Below the pieces are notes generated by a model. The model saw nothing but the letters and a program-made list of their open reading frames with translations, was not told where the DNA came from and searched no databases. Shown piece by piece: positions 20,257-30,554 of a stretch of DNA of 55,949 bases. The DNA comes from Candidatus Falkowbacteria bacterium (GTDB taxonomy: Bacteria > Patescibacteriota > Patescibacteriia > Patescibacteriales > UBA12465). Location of the stretch: assembly GCA_009995495.1 (NCBI GenBank), contig JAACPL010000007.1, positions 1 to 55,949 of the forward strand, read 5' to 3'. Both the position numbers and the translations under genes were made by a program. Every line of letters begins with the position of its first letter. Positions within the stretch are counted from its first letter, which is position 1.

Positions 20257-20982
20257 ATGTTAGAGATAAAAAATTTAAATAAAAAATTTGCTGATTTTTT
20301 TGCTGTAAAGGAGATTAATCTAAAAGTTGTTGAAGGAGAGTTCTTTTCCTTAATAGGCCCTAATGGGTCAGGGAAAACTACTATTATAAAAAATATTTTA
20401 GGCCTTTTGCATCCTAGCTCAGGTGATATTTTGATAAATAGTAGAAGTATTAAAACTTCTCCAATTGAGGCAAAAGAGCAAATGGCCTATATCCCTGATG
20501 AACCTAAAATTTGGAACCATATTACCGGCGAAGAGTTTCTATATTTCTCTGGAGCTCTATATGGTATGAAAAAAGAAGATATTTCTAAGAAAATTCCTGA
20601 GCTTTTAGGACACTTTGATTTAAAAGGTATAGAAAAGAATTATTTTGAAAATTATTCTAGAGGGAATAAACAAAAGTTTAGCATTTTAGCAGCCTTACTT
20701 CATAATCCCAAGTTAATTTTAGTAGATGAGCCCATTGTCGGTCTTGATCCAGAATCGGCTGAAGTGGCTATGGATTTATTATATAAGTTTTGTCAGAGTG
20801 GCGGCACTGTTTTTATGACTACCCACACTTTGCCAGTAGCTCAAAAGTATTCTTCGAGGATTGGTATTTTAAATGAAGGGAAACTTATTGCCGCTGATAC
20901 CTTAGATAATTTGAGAAAAAAGATGAATGATAAAAATGCTAGTCTGTCGGAAATATATTTTAACTTTACTAAACATGATTAA
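20257..20982 (+). CDS. ABC transporter ATP-binding protein
   Basis: GPNGSGKTT, YSRGNKQK, LVDEP, H-loop. Confidence 0.93.
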   Translation: MLEIKNLNKKFADFFAVKEINLKVVEGEFFSLIGPNGSGKTTIIKNILGLLHPSSGDILINSRSIKTSPIEAKEQMAYIPDEPKIWNHITGEEFLYFSGALYGMKKEDISKKIPELLGHFDLKGIEKNYFENYSRGNKQKFSILAALLHNPKLILVDEPIVGLDPESAEVAMDLLYKFCQSGGTVFMTTHTLPVAQKYSSRIGILNEGKLIAADTLDNLRKKMNDKNASLSEIYFNFTKHD

Positions 20983-22624
20983 AGAATTTTTTTTATATCA
21001 AAATAAAAAGTTTCTGAGATATTTTCAGAACAATAAAGTGGCAAAAATCTCAGTAACAGTTTTAATGCTTGCTGTTATAGCTTTAATAGCCTGGGGCGTT
21101 TTTTATCTTACTAAATTTGGTTTAGAATTCACGCAGATAGAGGATGATATATTCATGAATCAAGTAGGGCCTTTATATATTTATGAACTATTTTTATTGC
21201 TTACGGGATTTTTGGTATTTGTTAGTAGCATTATTTTTGCTTTGGTTAATTTTTTTAAAAGTTATAAAGATAACTGGATAATGGCTAGCCCTAAATATAG
21301 AACAATGTTGTGGGTTAATTCTTTTAAAGCTATAAATAATTCCACTTGGGCCATTGTGATTATTAGCATCCCTCTTTTAATAGCTGCTGGACAAGTTTTT
21401 CAGTTTTCTTTTTTAACTGTTTTTCTATCAGTCTTGGCGGTATTAATTTTCGCGGTAATTTGTTCTTTACTCGCTATAATGATTATTTTTATCTTTTCAA
21501 TTCTGATGAATTTGTTGAGGATAAAAAACTTTATGCTTTTGGCCTCACTTGTTATCGCTGTAGTGGTATATATAGCCGTGTTCATATGGCAAAGAGTTGT
21601 AAATATGAATTTGGAAAAGATTTTCCAAACAGATAATATTGTTGACCCTAGTTTATCAGTTTTTACTGACTACTTCTCCGTATTTCCATCTCATTTGTCA
21701 GCTATGGTTATTTTTAATTTTCAAATAGGTGATACCGTTACCGCTATTAAATATGTAAGTCTGTTGTTACTAGCTTTATTTATTATAGTTTTAATATTTA
21801 AACTTTTAGAATTTAAATTTCTCCATATTTGGCAAATCTTTCAAGAAGGTCCTTTTGAAGCTAAGAAAGAAAAAAAGCAAGCAACAAGGCATTTATTTCA
21901 AGGAAGTTTTCCTAAGTCAGCTGAAGATGTTGTTTACAAAAAAGAGCTCTTAACCTCACTACGTTCATCAAAGAATTTTCTAGGGATCTTATTTCTAGCG
22001 ATACTATTATTTGCTCAAGTAGCCCTAATTACACTGATAGATAAATATTCAAATATTGGTGATGACTTTATCTTGGGTGAAAATATGATAGCCTTGCAGT
22101 TGGCGATAGTATTATTCTTTATCACGGCTTTTATTGTTAGATTTGTCTTCCCATCTTTTAGTCAGGAAAATAACACATCTTGGATTATGGGCTCAGCTCC
22201 TATTAAAATGTCTAAAGTGTTTTATAGTAAGTATAAAATATTTTCTTTGGCTTTAATCATTTTAGGCACTTTATCACTTTTATTATATATAATACCTCTT
22301 CAAATTAGTCTTTCCTTGTCTATATCTTTAAACATAGTTACTTTAATAGCTATTTTGACCTTAACTATGTTAGGGCTGGCTTTAGGATCTATTTATATTA
22401 ACTTTGAAAGCAGTGATCCTAATGAACTAAGTACTTCTGCGCCCGGTATTAGTTTTATCATTTCAGCCTTAGCCTATATAACCCTAACTACATATTTGTT
22501 TTATTTGAGTGTTTCAAGTGCTAGTTATTTGCCGCTTATATTATTTACTGTTGTTTCAATTATAATTATCCTTAGCTTTAAGCGCTTAGCAATAAAAGCT
22601 TTGGAGAAAATGGAATATTATTAA
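20975..22624 (+). CDS. ABC exporter permease
   Basis: More than 10 TMs; overlaps the ATPase stop; start taken at ATG 20975. Confidence 0.8.
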   Translation: MIKEFFLYQNKKFLRYFQNNKVAKISVTVLMLAVIALIAWGVFYLTKFGLEFTQIEDDIFMNQVGPLYIYELFLLLTGFLVFVSSIIFALVNFFKSYKDNWIMASPKYRTMLWVNSFKAINNSTWAIVIISIPLLIAAGQVFQFSFLTVFLSVLAVLIFAVICSLLAIMIIFIFSILMNLLRIKNFMLLASLVIAVVVYIAVFIWQRVVNMNLEKIFQTDNIVDPSLSVFTDYFSVFPSHLSAMVIFNFQIGDTVTAIKYVSLLLLALFIIVLIFKLLEFKFLHIWQIFQEGPFEAKKEKKQATRHLFQGSFPKSAEDVVYKKELLTSLRSSKNFLGILFLAILLFAQVALITLIDKYSNIGDDFILGENMIALQLAIVLFFITAFIVRFVFPSFSQENNTSWIMGSAPIKMSKVFYSKYKIFSLALIILGTLSLLLYIIPLQISLSLSISLNIVTLIAILTLTMLGLALGSIYINFESSDPNELSTSAPGISFIISALAYITLTTYLFYLSVSSASYLPLILFTVVSIIIILSFKRLAIKALEKMEYY

Positions 22625-22777
22625 CCACACATTAGTAATTACACTTGACAATACCTGAAAAAATGCTATTTTAACTATATTAGTGATTTGATATCTTATA
22701 ATAATCACAAAAAACAGGCGTTAGCCTGTTTTTATAACAGAACTTTTAAAATTAAATATAAATTTAAAAAAGAGAAA

Positions 22778-23290
22778 ATGAAGAGTGAGATTACGCGTCC
22801 TATGTCTTTGGGTAAAGTAATAGAAATCCCATCATGTGATGGTTCAGAGAAAATCTGTGGAGATCGCACAACTTTTGTTTCCGGAATTGATGGTGATTTT
22901 TCCAAACTAACATCTTTGGGTATAAACACGGGCCCGACAAAAATTGAAATTTACGAAATTGTTAAAGATGGGACTTTTTATAGCGCTTTTTCCGGATTAG
23001 ACCGAAACTGGAATCGGAAGTGGTTATCACAGCATCAGGTAATTAGTTTCTGTAAAAATTTCTCAACTTTTTTAAGATTGGGTGGTAATTGCACCTTTAT
23101 CTTAATTAAAAAAGATGAGCAACTTCCCGTTAATGAGCTTAATCCGCTGGAAAATTTGGCGCCGGTTCAAATTTATGTTAGAGGTGGAAGTCGTCAAATA
23201 GCTTTACGTGAGCTGGATTGTGACATTATTTGGAAGGGTAAGGATAAAAATAGGCTCATTATCCCTTGTTTTCAGCCATGTCTAAGATAA
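22778..23290 (+). CDS. Hypothetical protein, likely DGR target-family paralog
   Basis: C-terminal 35 residues align without gaps to the translated TR at 30443-30547; start taken at ATG 22778. Confidence 0.65.
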   Translation: MKSEITRPMSLGKVIEIPSCDGSEKICGDRTTFVSGIDGDFSKLTSLGINTGPTKIEIYEIVKDGTFYSAFSGLDRNWNRKWLSQHQVISFCKNFSTFLRLGGNCTFILIKKDEQLPVNELNPLENLAPVQIYVRGGSRQIALRELDCDIIWKGKDKNRLIIPCFQPCLR

Positions 23291-23494
23291 AAAATTAACC
23301 CTGCCCGACTTATTTGAGTCGGGCTTTTTAATTAAAGATTTGATTTCACAAATTAAAAAGCCCTGGAGTTTCACCAGAGCTTTAATAAATCGATGATTGT
23401 GGTTGTTGTTTATAGATTTTTTGGTGCCACGGGAATTGCGTTGTTTTTTATAAACATGTTATGTTAACTAGAACATTGCGGTTCACCTTTTTCG

Positions 23495-23833
23495 TTAACA
23501 ATAACAATTGACGCAAAACGGTGACACCCATACCGCATCGAGAGCATGACCAAATACAGCTGTTTCTTTTCCGATAAAAGTTTCATCGGTTCCGCCAACT
23601 GCTCTGGCGGAAATATTATTTATTTGAAACTGGAAAACACTGTTTTCCAAGTAAGCAAATGACGAAATTTTTTTAGAAAGCTGATTCTCATCTTGATTGG
23701 TGAAAAATTGTTGGCCCGCTTTTAATTCTTCGGAAGATTTAACATTACTGTTAGCTTTGGAATAATTTCCTAGAGACGTGGTAATCAAAACTATAAACAA
23801 CAAGGCTTTTAAACGAACTTTTCTTTTTTTCAT
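23495..23833 (-). CDS. Hypothetical protein with signal peptide
   Basis: AAGGA SD, TTGACT-N17-TATAAT promoter upstream. Confidence 0.55.
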   Translation of the reverse strand: MKKRKVRLKALLFIVLITTSLGNYSKANSNVKSSEELKAGQQFFTNQDENQLSKKISSFAYLENSVFQFQINNISARAVGGTDETFIGKETAVFGHALDAVWVSPFCVNCYC

Positions 23834-23957
23834 GGTATTCCTTGTTGGTTTATAAATATATTATAAAATCTCGAAAAAAAAGTCAAGATATTTTTGTTGA
23901 TCACCGAGGATAAGAAAAAAGCAGGCAATTTAGGCCTGCTTACACAAAGAATTTAAA

Positions 23958-24236
23958 TCATTCAGTTTTTTCTTTGATTTCAATTTTTAATTTTTTTACT
24001 TTCTCTTCATCACTTAAATCACTGGCACAGTACATGCAGGAACCAGTAATAAAGTAATAGTTTTTATAGTCCTCTTCTTTTTCAAGAACTATGTCTGGGA
24101 AATTACCCATATCTCCCATAATACTTATTAATATTCCCACTAGCCTAGAACTTAATGGGGCACTTCTTCCACAATTCTCACATTTTGTGAAAGAAACAGC
24201 CCAGGGAAATTTCATCAATAATTCATCACCTTTCAT
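23958..24236 (-). CDS. Small putative Zn-binding protein
   Basis: CENC and CMYC pairs, AGGAGG SD. Confidence 0.65.
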   Translation of the reverse strand: MKGDELLMKFPWAVSFTKCENCGRSAPLSSRLVGILISIMGDMGNFPDIVLEKEEDYKNYYFITGSCMYCASDLSDEEKVKKLKIEIKEKTE

Positions 24237-24257
24237 TACTCCTCCTTTTCTGTTTTA

Positions 24258-24995
24258 TTAATTTTTAATTTTTTCTTGTTCTAATAGTTTATTTTGATAA
24301 TTTGTTAATATAGATTGGACGATTTTTTCTCCGTATTCATCGATTTTAGCTTGAAATGTTTCTTTGTTAAAGTCTTTATTTACTTTGCTTGGATCCATTT
24401 GATCCCTTTCTTCTTGGCTTATTAAAATTATAATATTAGCTTTGGCCCGAGTTTTATCTCTATTCCCAGTTAAGTCAATGGTTGTGCCAATTATTTCTTC
24501 GTCAGTTTCTTTGTCACATAATTTAAAAAAGCAATCAATTCCGTGTAAAATATCAAGGTGAGTTAAGCCGGTGGCGGTATAAAATTTTAAAGAATATTTG
24601 TCCTCAAAACGGTTCTTTATATAATTATATAAAGATGCGCTAAAAAATTTAGCGGGTTTTTCAGGACTTCCATATTGAGATTTTTCTACCAAATTCATTG
24701 AATCCTCATAATTAATCAAATTTTCATCTTTTTGAATTTTTACAAGACTGTCAAAACGGCTAGCAGCAGCTTCTCTCATCTTTAGTATTTTTTCATACTT
24801 CTCCTCTTTACTTTCCGCGCTTGTATCGTCTGTTATATCATCATCTACAAGTTGCTTCGTCTTTTGCTGAATATAGTCAAAAGCTAGTTCATCATATTTT
24901 TTCTTGTTTACGCTACCAATAAATTCAGCCTCCATTCGATGTCCGCTATTTTCGTATTGGGGAATTCTCTTGTCAGAAGAATAAGCTTTTGTCAT
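24258..24995 (-). CDS. Hypothetical protein
   Basis: 245-aa ORF; LD..HGIDCFF..IDLT hints at a PD-(D/E)xK-like fold (uncertain). Confidence 0.65.
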   Translation of the reverse strand: MTKAYSSDKRIPQYENSGHRMEAEFIGSVNKKKYDELAFDYIQQKTKQLVDDDITDDTSAESKEEKYEKILKMREAAASRFDSLVKIQKDENLINYEDSMNLVEKSQYGSPEKPAKFFSASLYNYIKNRFEDKYSLKFYTATGLTHLDILHGIDCFFKLCDKETDEEIIGTTIDLTGNRDKTRAKANIIILISQEERDQMDPSKVNKDFNKETFQAKIDEYGEKIVQSILTNYQNKLLEQEKIKN

Positions 24996-25141
24996 AGTAT
25001 TAATAAAAAATGATTAAATTAGTTTTATTTTGACGAGTACAATATATCATACTTATTGAAAGAAGTCAATAGTATGCTTGACATAAATTATTTAATATGA
25101 TATAGTCTGCCTAGTTCATTTAAACCTTTAAATCGAAAATC

Positions 25142-25489
25142 ATGAAGGAAGAATTGAAAATTCCAACTCAGAAGACTGACGTTATTGAAAGGCGCCTTGA
25201 TAAACAATTCATCGAAAGCCAAAAAAATATTATTATTGGCAGAATTGCTAAATACATGGACAAGGAAAGAATTGTTGAAGAATTGAGGGATAACGATGTT
25301 TCTCCTTATATTCTTTATAAGCAACAAGAAGTTGTTCCGCAACTTCAAAAAGCTTTAAGAATAATTCAAGAGGATAAATATGGTATTTGCCTTTCCTGTA
25401 GCGGCAACATCGAAATCAAAAGGCTTATAGCCGTTCCGGCGGCCTTTGTTTGTATCGCGTGTATGAGAGCGGGAAAAACTGGTAGTTAG
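25142..25489 (+). CDS. TraR/DksA C4 zinc-finger protein
   Basis: YGICLSC...IEIKRLIAVPAAFVCIAC. Confidence 0.8.
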   Translation: MKEELKIPTQKTDVIERRLDKQFIESQKNIIIGRIAKYMDKERIVEELRDNDVSPYILYKQQEVVPQLQKALRIIQEDKYGICLSCSGNIEIKRLIAVPAAFVCIACMRAGKTGS

Positions 25490-25549
25490 TCGGTGGTAAA
25501 GAGTAAAAAATTTAGAACTAAGAGCTTGAAAAGGCTCTTTTTATTTTTC

Positions 25550-26287
25550 TTAATTTTTGTTTTTAAAAGTAAATCCTCGAAAAACTTCTTTTAAATTATT
25601 ATTTTTTTCTTCTTCGCTTAATTTTTCTGGTGATAAGAATTTCTTTGGCAGACGGACAATTATAAATTCTAAGTCTTCTTTTTTAATTTGTCCCGAAACA
25701 ATTCGGACCGATTCTCTGTTAATATTTCCAGTGTTTAACATTTTATCTTTAGGGTCTTCTATTAAATTATGTTGGGAATTTTGTCTGCTTGCCATCATTG
25801 TTACCAAGGGGCCGGCCATACCTCGACCCTCTAAGAAAGCATTTTGCATGCCTGCGGTAGGGTTAACTCCATGTGGCCAAATAGCGCAATTAGCATATTT
25901 ATCACCCCTATCAGCCACTACCTTTGGGTCAAAGCTTAAATCTATATCTTCATTTTCTATTAACCTAACAACTTTCTCCGGATCTTCTCGTCTAACGATT
26001 AAAGGTTTTCCATTCTTACTTAAATAGTTTCGATAGATAGAGCTTACATCTTCTTCTTTGCCGCCATTTTTTTTGAAAAAGTCGCTTATATGTTCAAGAG
26101 TGCTTTCTAAGCGATGCTTATATTCTTCTGGATTATTAATTTGTTCGTCTTTATTTTTTAAAAACCGTAAGTCACCAATTAAATAAACTAAATCCTCTGA
26201 CATTTCTTCATTAACTTCTAAATCTTCTTTCTCCTCCAATTTTTTAATGATTGGTTCATCAATAGTGAAAACTTTTTCCTGCAACAT
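25550..26287 (-). CDS. Hypothetical protein
   Basis: 245-aa ORF with typical composition. Confidence 0.65.
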   Translation of the reverse strand: MLQEKVFTIDEPIIKKLEEKEDLEVNEEMSEDLVYLIGDLRFLKNKDEQINNPEEYKHRLESTLEHISDFFKKNGGKEEDVSSIYRNYLSKNGKPLIVRREDPEKVVRLIENEDIDLSFDPKVVADRGDKYANCAIWPHGVNPTAGMQNAFLEGRGMAGPLVTMMASRQNSQHNLIEDPKDKMLNTGNINRESVRIVSGQIKKEDLEFIIVRLPKKFLSPEKLSEEEKNNNLKEVFRGFTFKNKN

Positions 26288-26419
26288 ATAATTATAGTTA
26301 TGTTTTATAATTTTTATTATAGCACAAATAAATCTATCTTTATTACAAGGTGATAGTACAAACTGTTGCCAAACCCCATTTTAGCTTGCTATACTCAATT
26401 TGAATATAAATGAAAAAAT

Positions 26420-27484
26420 ATGTCATTATCAATTGGAATTGTCGGTTTGCCAAATGTAGGAAAATCAAGCTTATTTAATATTTTAACCAAAAAAGGCGTT
26501 GAGGCGGCGAACTACCCTTTTTGTACCATCGATCCTAATGTCGGCGTTGTTAAAGTTCCCGACAGCCGTTTAAATGCCTTAGCCGAAGTTTCCAAGCCAG
26601 AAAAAATTATCAATACAACGATTGAGTTTGTTGATATCGCTGGACTTGTTGCTGGGGCTCATAAGGGTGAAGGTTTAGGTAATAAATTTCTGGCTAACAT
26701 CAGAGAATGTGATGCGATTTGTGAAGTTGTTCGTGATTTTAAAGATGGGAATATTATTCATGTTAGCGGAAAAGTTGATCCGAAAGGCGATAAGGAGACA
26801 ATTAACATGGAGCTGATTTTTGCTGACTTAGCGACAGTTGAAAAGCGTTTGGATAAAGTTAGGCGGGAAGCGAGAAGTGGTGGCAAGGAATTAAAAATTG
26901 AACTTGTTATTTTAGAAAGAATTTTTAAAGCTCTAAGCGATGGCTTGGCTGTTCGTGAATTGGTTTTTAGTGATGAGGAACTATTAGTAATCAAAAGTTT
27001 AAGTTTATTAACAATTAAACCAATTATCTATTTATTAAATGTTGATGAAAAGCATGATGGCAGTGATTTTTTTGGCGTTTCTGATCCGGTGATAAAAGTT
27101 AATGTTAAAACTGAAGAAGAAATTGCGGCCTTACCCGAAAATGAGCAAGCGGAATATATTAAGGAATTGGGACTTGAAGAAAGCGGACTTGATAAATTAA
27201 TTAGAATTGCTTATCAAACGCTTGGGCTTGATACTTTTTTTACAACCGGAAAAGACGAGACTCGCGCTTGGACTATTAAACGAGGTTCAAAAGCGCCAGA
27301 AGCGGCCGGAGAAATTCACACTGATTTTATTAAAGGCTTTGTTCGCGCGGAAGTTATTGCTTGGGATAAATTTGTTGAATGCGGGAGCGAAGCGAGGGCC
27401 AAAGAGCTCGGACTAATGCGTATTGAAGGAAAAGAATATATCGTTAAAGATGGCGACGTTTGTAATTTCTTGATAAACAAATAA
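26420..27484 (+). CDS. ychF: Ribosome-binding ATPase YchF
   Basis: GIVGLPNVGKS, ANYPFCTIDPN, DIAGLV, GEGLGNKFL, TGS domain. Confidence 0.97.
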   Translation: MSLSIGIVGLPNVGKSSLFNILTKKGVEAANYPFCTIDPNVGVVKVPDSRLNALAEVSKPEKIINTTIEFVDIAGLVAGAHKGEGLGNKFLANIRECDAICEVVRDFKDGNIIHVSGKVDPKGDKETINMELIFADLATVEKRLDKVRREARSGGKELKIELVILERIFKALSDGLAVRELVFSDEELLVIKSLSLLTIKPIIYLLNVDEKHDGSDFFGVSDPVIKVNVKTEEEIAALPENEQAEYIKELGLEESGLDKLIRIAYQTLGLDTFFTTGKDETRAWTIKRGSKAPEAAGEIHTDFIKGFVRAEVIAWDKFVECGSEARAKELGLMRIEGKEYIVKDGDVCNFLINK

Positions 27485-27532
27485 ATAGATTTTTACAATT
27501 AAAAAAGGCTTGTTTCCAGGTCCTTTTTGTTT

Positions 27533-28726
27533 TTACTTCTTTTTTAAAACCACAATTTCCCGAAAAACTTTTTGTCCGGAACGGCTATAAATTGGGTTAG
27601 CACGGGGACTTAAGCTAGATTGTAATAAAGGTGAGGTTTTTAAATTTTCTGGTAATAAATTCATTATTTCAAAACCCTCATAACTTGGGCTAATTGCTCT
27701 TTGACCATAAAAACTTGGCCAGACCATTACAACTTTCCCTCCCGTTTTTAAAACTTTTCGAAATTCTTTAATTGCTCCGGAGTATAAGTTCTCAAGTTCA
27801 GAAATTACGGAAGCGAAATTTATCATTCCTCGTTGCGGGCCTAAAAATGGCTCAGTAATAATATCATCTACTGACTCGCTTTTAATAAATTTTGATAAGG
27901 CTAAAACATTTCTAACCGCTAATTTAAGTTTAACATTTTCTATTTTATATAAATCTTTAAGCCAGGAAAAGTTTGTATAAGTATCGTCTATCGCTCGTTT
28001 AGAAATATCGGAGCCAAATAAATTTTTATAACCCATTAAAGCCGCTTCGTTAATAAGCGTCCCCGAACCACAAAAAGGATCAATAATAATATCCTCATCA
28101 GAATTTAGTTGAGCTAAATTTATCATCGCCATCGCTAATTTTGGTGGCAACATTCCCGATAAATCATCGCGAGCCGGTCGGCCGAAATCACGAAGCGATA
28201 AGTCTTTAAAGGGCTGAACCGCTAAAGTTTCACCAATAAAAACTTGTCCATCTTTTTTTAGGCCAACTATTTCTACGCCGCGTTTTAATAATTTGTTTTG
28301 AGTTATGACAACGCTTGAGAGAGTTCTCTCACGGCTAATAACAAAACGCGAACTTAGTTGTTGGGAACTAAAGTAATTTTTTATCTTAATGCCAAGATCT
28401 TTTTTATTAAATTCACCGTCGCCATAAACCGAGAAGCCAAAATTGAATTTTCCCGGATCAGATTTTTTTTGACGATTAGCCGCAATTTTTATAGCGACTT
28501 CGTTAATTTGATTTTGACTAGCGCCCTTAGTTAAAATATCTCTGATTAAACCAATTTTAATAGTTCCGCCTAGACGGGAAATTATTTTCTCTGGGTTAAT
28601 TTCTTCCTCAATTTCGGCCATTAAAAAATCAAGCGCCAAAAGTTGCGGATTTTTTAAATTTAAAAGCGCATTCAATTCAGCGATAGCTAGCGCCGTATTA
28701 TTTCCTAAAATAAAATAGTATTTCAT
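27533..28726 (-). CDS. Trm11/UPF0020-like RNA methyltransferase
   Basis: GMLPPKLA..MINL, DPFCGSGT, TEPFLG. Confidence 0.8.
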   Translation of the reverse strand: MKYYFILGNNTALAIAELNALLNLKNPQLLALDFLMAEIEEEINPEKIISRLGGTIKIGLIRDILTKGASQNQINEVAIKIAANRQKKSDPGKFNFGFSVYGDGEFNKKDLGIKIKNYFSSQQLSSRFVISRERTLSSVVITQNKLLKRGVEIVGLKKDGQVFIGETLAVQPFKDLSLRDFGRPARDDLSGMLPPKLAMAMINLAQLNSDEDIIIDPFCGSGTLINEAALMGYKNLFGSDISKRAIDDTYTNFSWLKDLYKIENVKLKLAVRNVLALSKFIKSESVDDIITEPFLGPQRGMINFASVISELENLYSGAIKEFRKVLKTGGKVVMVWPSFYGQRAISPSYEGFEIMNLLPENLKTSPLLQSSLSPRANPIYSRSGQKVFREIVVLKKK

Positions 28727-28809
28727 AAATTAAGCATATCGGAAAAATTGGATAATGTATAGATTGGAGAGAGTTTTTTAGACAAAAGCGTGAAAAAATA
28801 TTATTTTGC

Positions 28810-28838
28810 TTGACATTATCTAATATATATGATATAAT
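28810..28838 (+). promoter_or_regulatory. Consensus sigma70 promoter, probably the original DGR promoter
   Basis: TTGACA-N17-TATAAT with extended TGn. Confidence 0.8.
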
Positions 28839-28854
28839 ACTTTGAATGCTTAAA

Positions 28855-30062
28855 TGGTCGATTCACCCCCGAAGTGCACCACCGGCACATTTAGCTAAGT
28901 TAGCAAGTTGCTGTTTAAAATATTCACTATTTAATATACCATTTTCTAGGTAATGAGTCTTTAAGGACTCTTTTTTTATATCCTTTAGCATATTCTCATT
29001 AAGCATAACCTCAAAAGGAGTGAGTCCACCTAAAGATTTTCTTGGTTTGAAATTAAAGAGAGTCTCAACATACTTAATATATTCATCTGAGTATTGTGAT
29101 AAGTCTGAGCCCTTCTTAAAATATCTCCTGAGCCAAAGATTAGCATTCTCAACGGATCCTTTTTCCCAGGGAGAATAAGGAGTACAAAAATATACTTGTT
29201 CAATATTCATTTTTTCCCACTTAGAATTTTCTTTTCCATTATCTAGCGTTAAACTATCTATTCTTTCTAGTTTTATGCTTGCTTCTTTAATTGATTTATT
29301 AAATTGTTCACTGGTAGCCCTGTCAATCTTTTTTAGATGCAAATACCTTCCTTTTCGATCAATCATTACCGATATAGCCGCTTTTCCTATGATGTTTTCT
29401 TTTCTTCCCGAAACGATTAGGTCAGCTTCCTTGTGTCCGCATCTAGCTCTTTTAGCTATATGTTTAGGTCTCATTTCAATCCCTATCCGATTTGGTATTA
29501 TTTCTTTTTTGGTTTTATTTTTCTTTTGCTTCTTAACCTTCTTTCGTTTTGAATATAGATATTGACAATATGGTTGCCCCCGCCAATCTGCCCGGAGCCA
29601 TTCATAAATAGCAGTTTTAGAAATATGTTTATTCAATTCTTTTTTTGATCGTGAATTAATATCGCTAGGCGACCAACCAATCTCTAGATGAGAGGTGACA
29701 TATTCTAATATTACCAGATCATAATTTATTTTTTTCCAATCAAACCGAGCATACTTCTTTTTAACATAGGCTTTATGAGAAGCTAGATTAGCATCATATT
29801 TACCAACTATTCGCCCCTCACCATTCTTCTTACCCCTTTTAATAACTCGACTGTATTTTATGAGCTCTCTACTAATGGTGCCGTGGTCTCTCCCCAAAAC
29901 TTTTGCCACATCCACAATGGAATACCCTTGGCTTCTTAATATATCTATTCTGTCTCTCTCGTTCTGACTCAGATGACTATATGTCCTTTGAGTCTTTTTT
30001 GTTGTATTTTTCATGGTTTTATTATACGGCCATAGTGGTGCACTTCAAAACGGAATTTCCCA
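28855..30062 (-). mobile_element. IS30-family insertion sequence (1208 bp)
   Basis: Imperfect 28-bp terminal IRs TGG...ATTC......GAAGTGCACCAC; TG...CA ends. Confidence 0.9.
28863..30014 (-). CDS. IS30 transposase
   Basis: HLSQNER HTH, GHKEADLI, LTLDNGKE, PYSPWEKGSVENAN DDE; stop lies inside the IR. Confidence 0.95.
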   Translation of the reverse strand: MKNTTKKTQRTYSHLSQNERDRIDILRSQGYSIVDVAKVLGRDHGTISRELIKYSRVIKRGKKNGEGRIVGKYDANLASHKAYVKKKYARFDWKKINYDLVILEYVTSHLEIGWSPSDINSRSKKELNKHISKTAIYEWLRADWRGQPYCQYLYSKRKKVKKQKKNKTKKEIIPNRIGIEMRPKHIAKRARCGHKEADLIVSGRKENIIGKAAISVMIDRKGRYLHLKKIDRATSEQFNKSIKEASIKLERIDSLTLDNGKENSKWEKMNIEQVYFCTPYSPWEKGSVENANLWLRRYFKKGSDLSQYSDEYIKYVETLFNFKPRKSLGGLTPFEVMLNENMLKDIKKESLKTHYLENGILNSEYFKQQLANLAKCAGGALRG

Positions 30063-30129
30063 ATATTAAGCATTACCCAATTTCGCAGGGATTGCGAAAA
30101 TAGTTTTTTAACAATTAAATAGTGTTATT

Positions 30130-30336
30130 ATGGAAAAAAGTAGCCAAAATCCCAGTTTCGGACAAGGGCTGGAACTTGCCGGTATTATCATCAAAGCACT
30201 CGCTAGCGCTGCCAAGAAAACCAACGCCGATTCAGACAGAGTCCAGGCAGTAATCGGCAAGCCCGGAGTAGTTTTTCAGCTGATTGAAGGTCTGTTTGCG
30301 GAAGACGGAAAAATATTTTTAATTAAAAAATTATAA
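30130..30336 (+). pseudogene. Probable 5' remnant of the DGR target gene (no VR)
   Basis: Short GC-richer ORF directly upstream of TR that runs abruptly into AT-rich sequence near 30310. Confidence 0.5.
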
Positions 30337-30439
30337 GTTGGTATAAGGCGCTTGAGGACTTTTAAGTCCCGAATAATATTCAGTCGCTTCTTTCGTATTC
30401 GTCAGAGCGACGGTGAAACCGGAAGGCGCTTTATACAAT

Positions 30440-30553
30440 TTCGTGGTCAACGTGAACGTGCATTCTGACGGTCTGAATGTCAACGTGAATCGCCTTGAGA
30501 ATGACAATGTCTGGAATGGCGAGTATCGTCATCGCGTTGTCTCCCCGCAACTT
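30440..30553 (+). ncRNA. DGR template repeat (TR)
   Basis: 35 codons (30443-30547) with 8 AAY codons and no third-position A; adjacent to avd and RT; boundaries approximate. Confidence 0.88.
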
Positions 30554-30554
30554 A

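Noticed and set aside
22739..22755. Recurrent AGAACTTT(T)AAAAT leader motif (also near 6001; similar at 30102), boxA-like
   Set aside because: Too short and AT-rich to separate from background without statistics.
25557..26027. Antisense or nested ORFs in the track (e.g. 25557-26027, 33807-34169, 3612-3932, 51401-51724, 52577-52909)
   Set aside because: They overlap better-supported genes on the opposite strand and have shadow-like composition.
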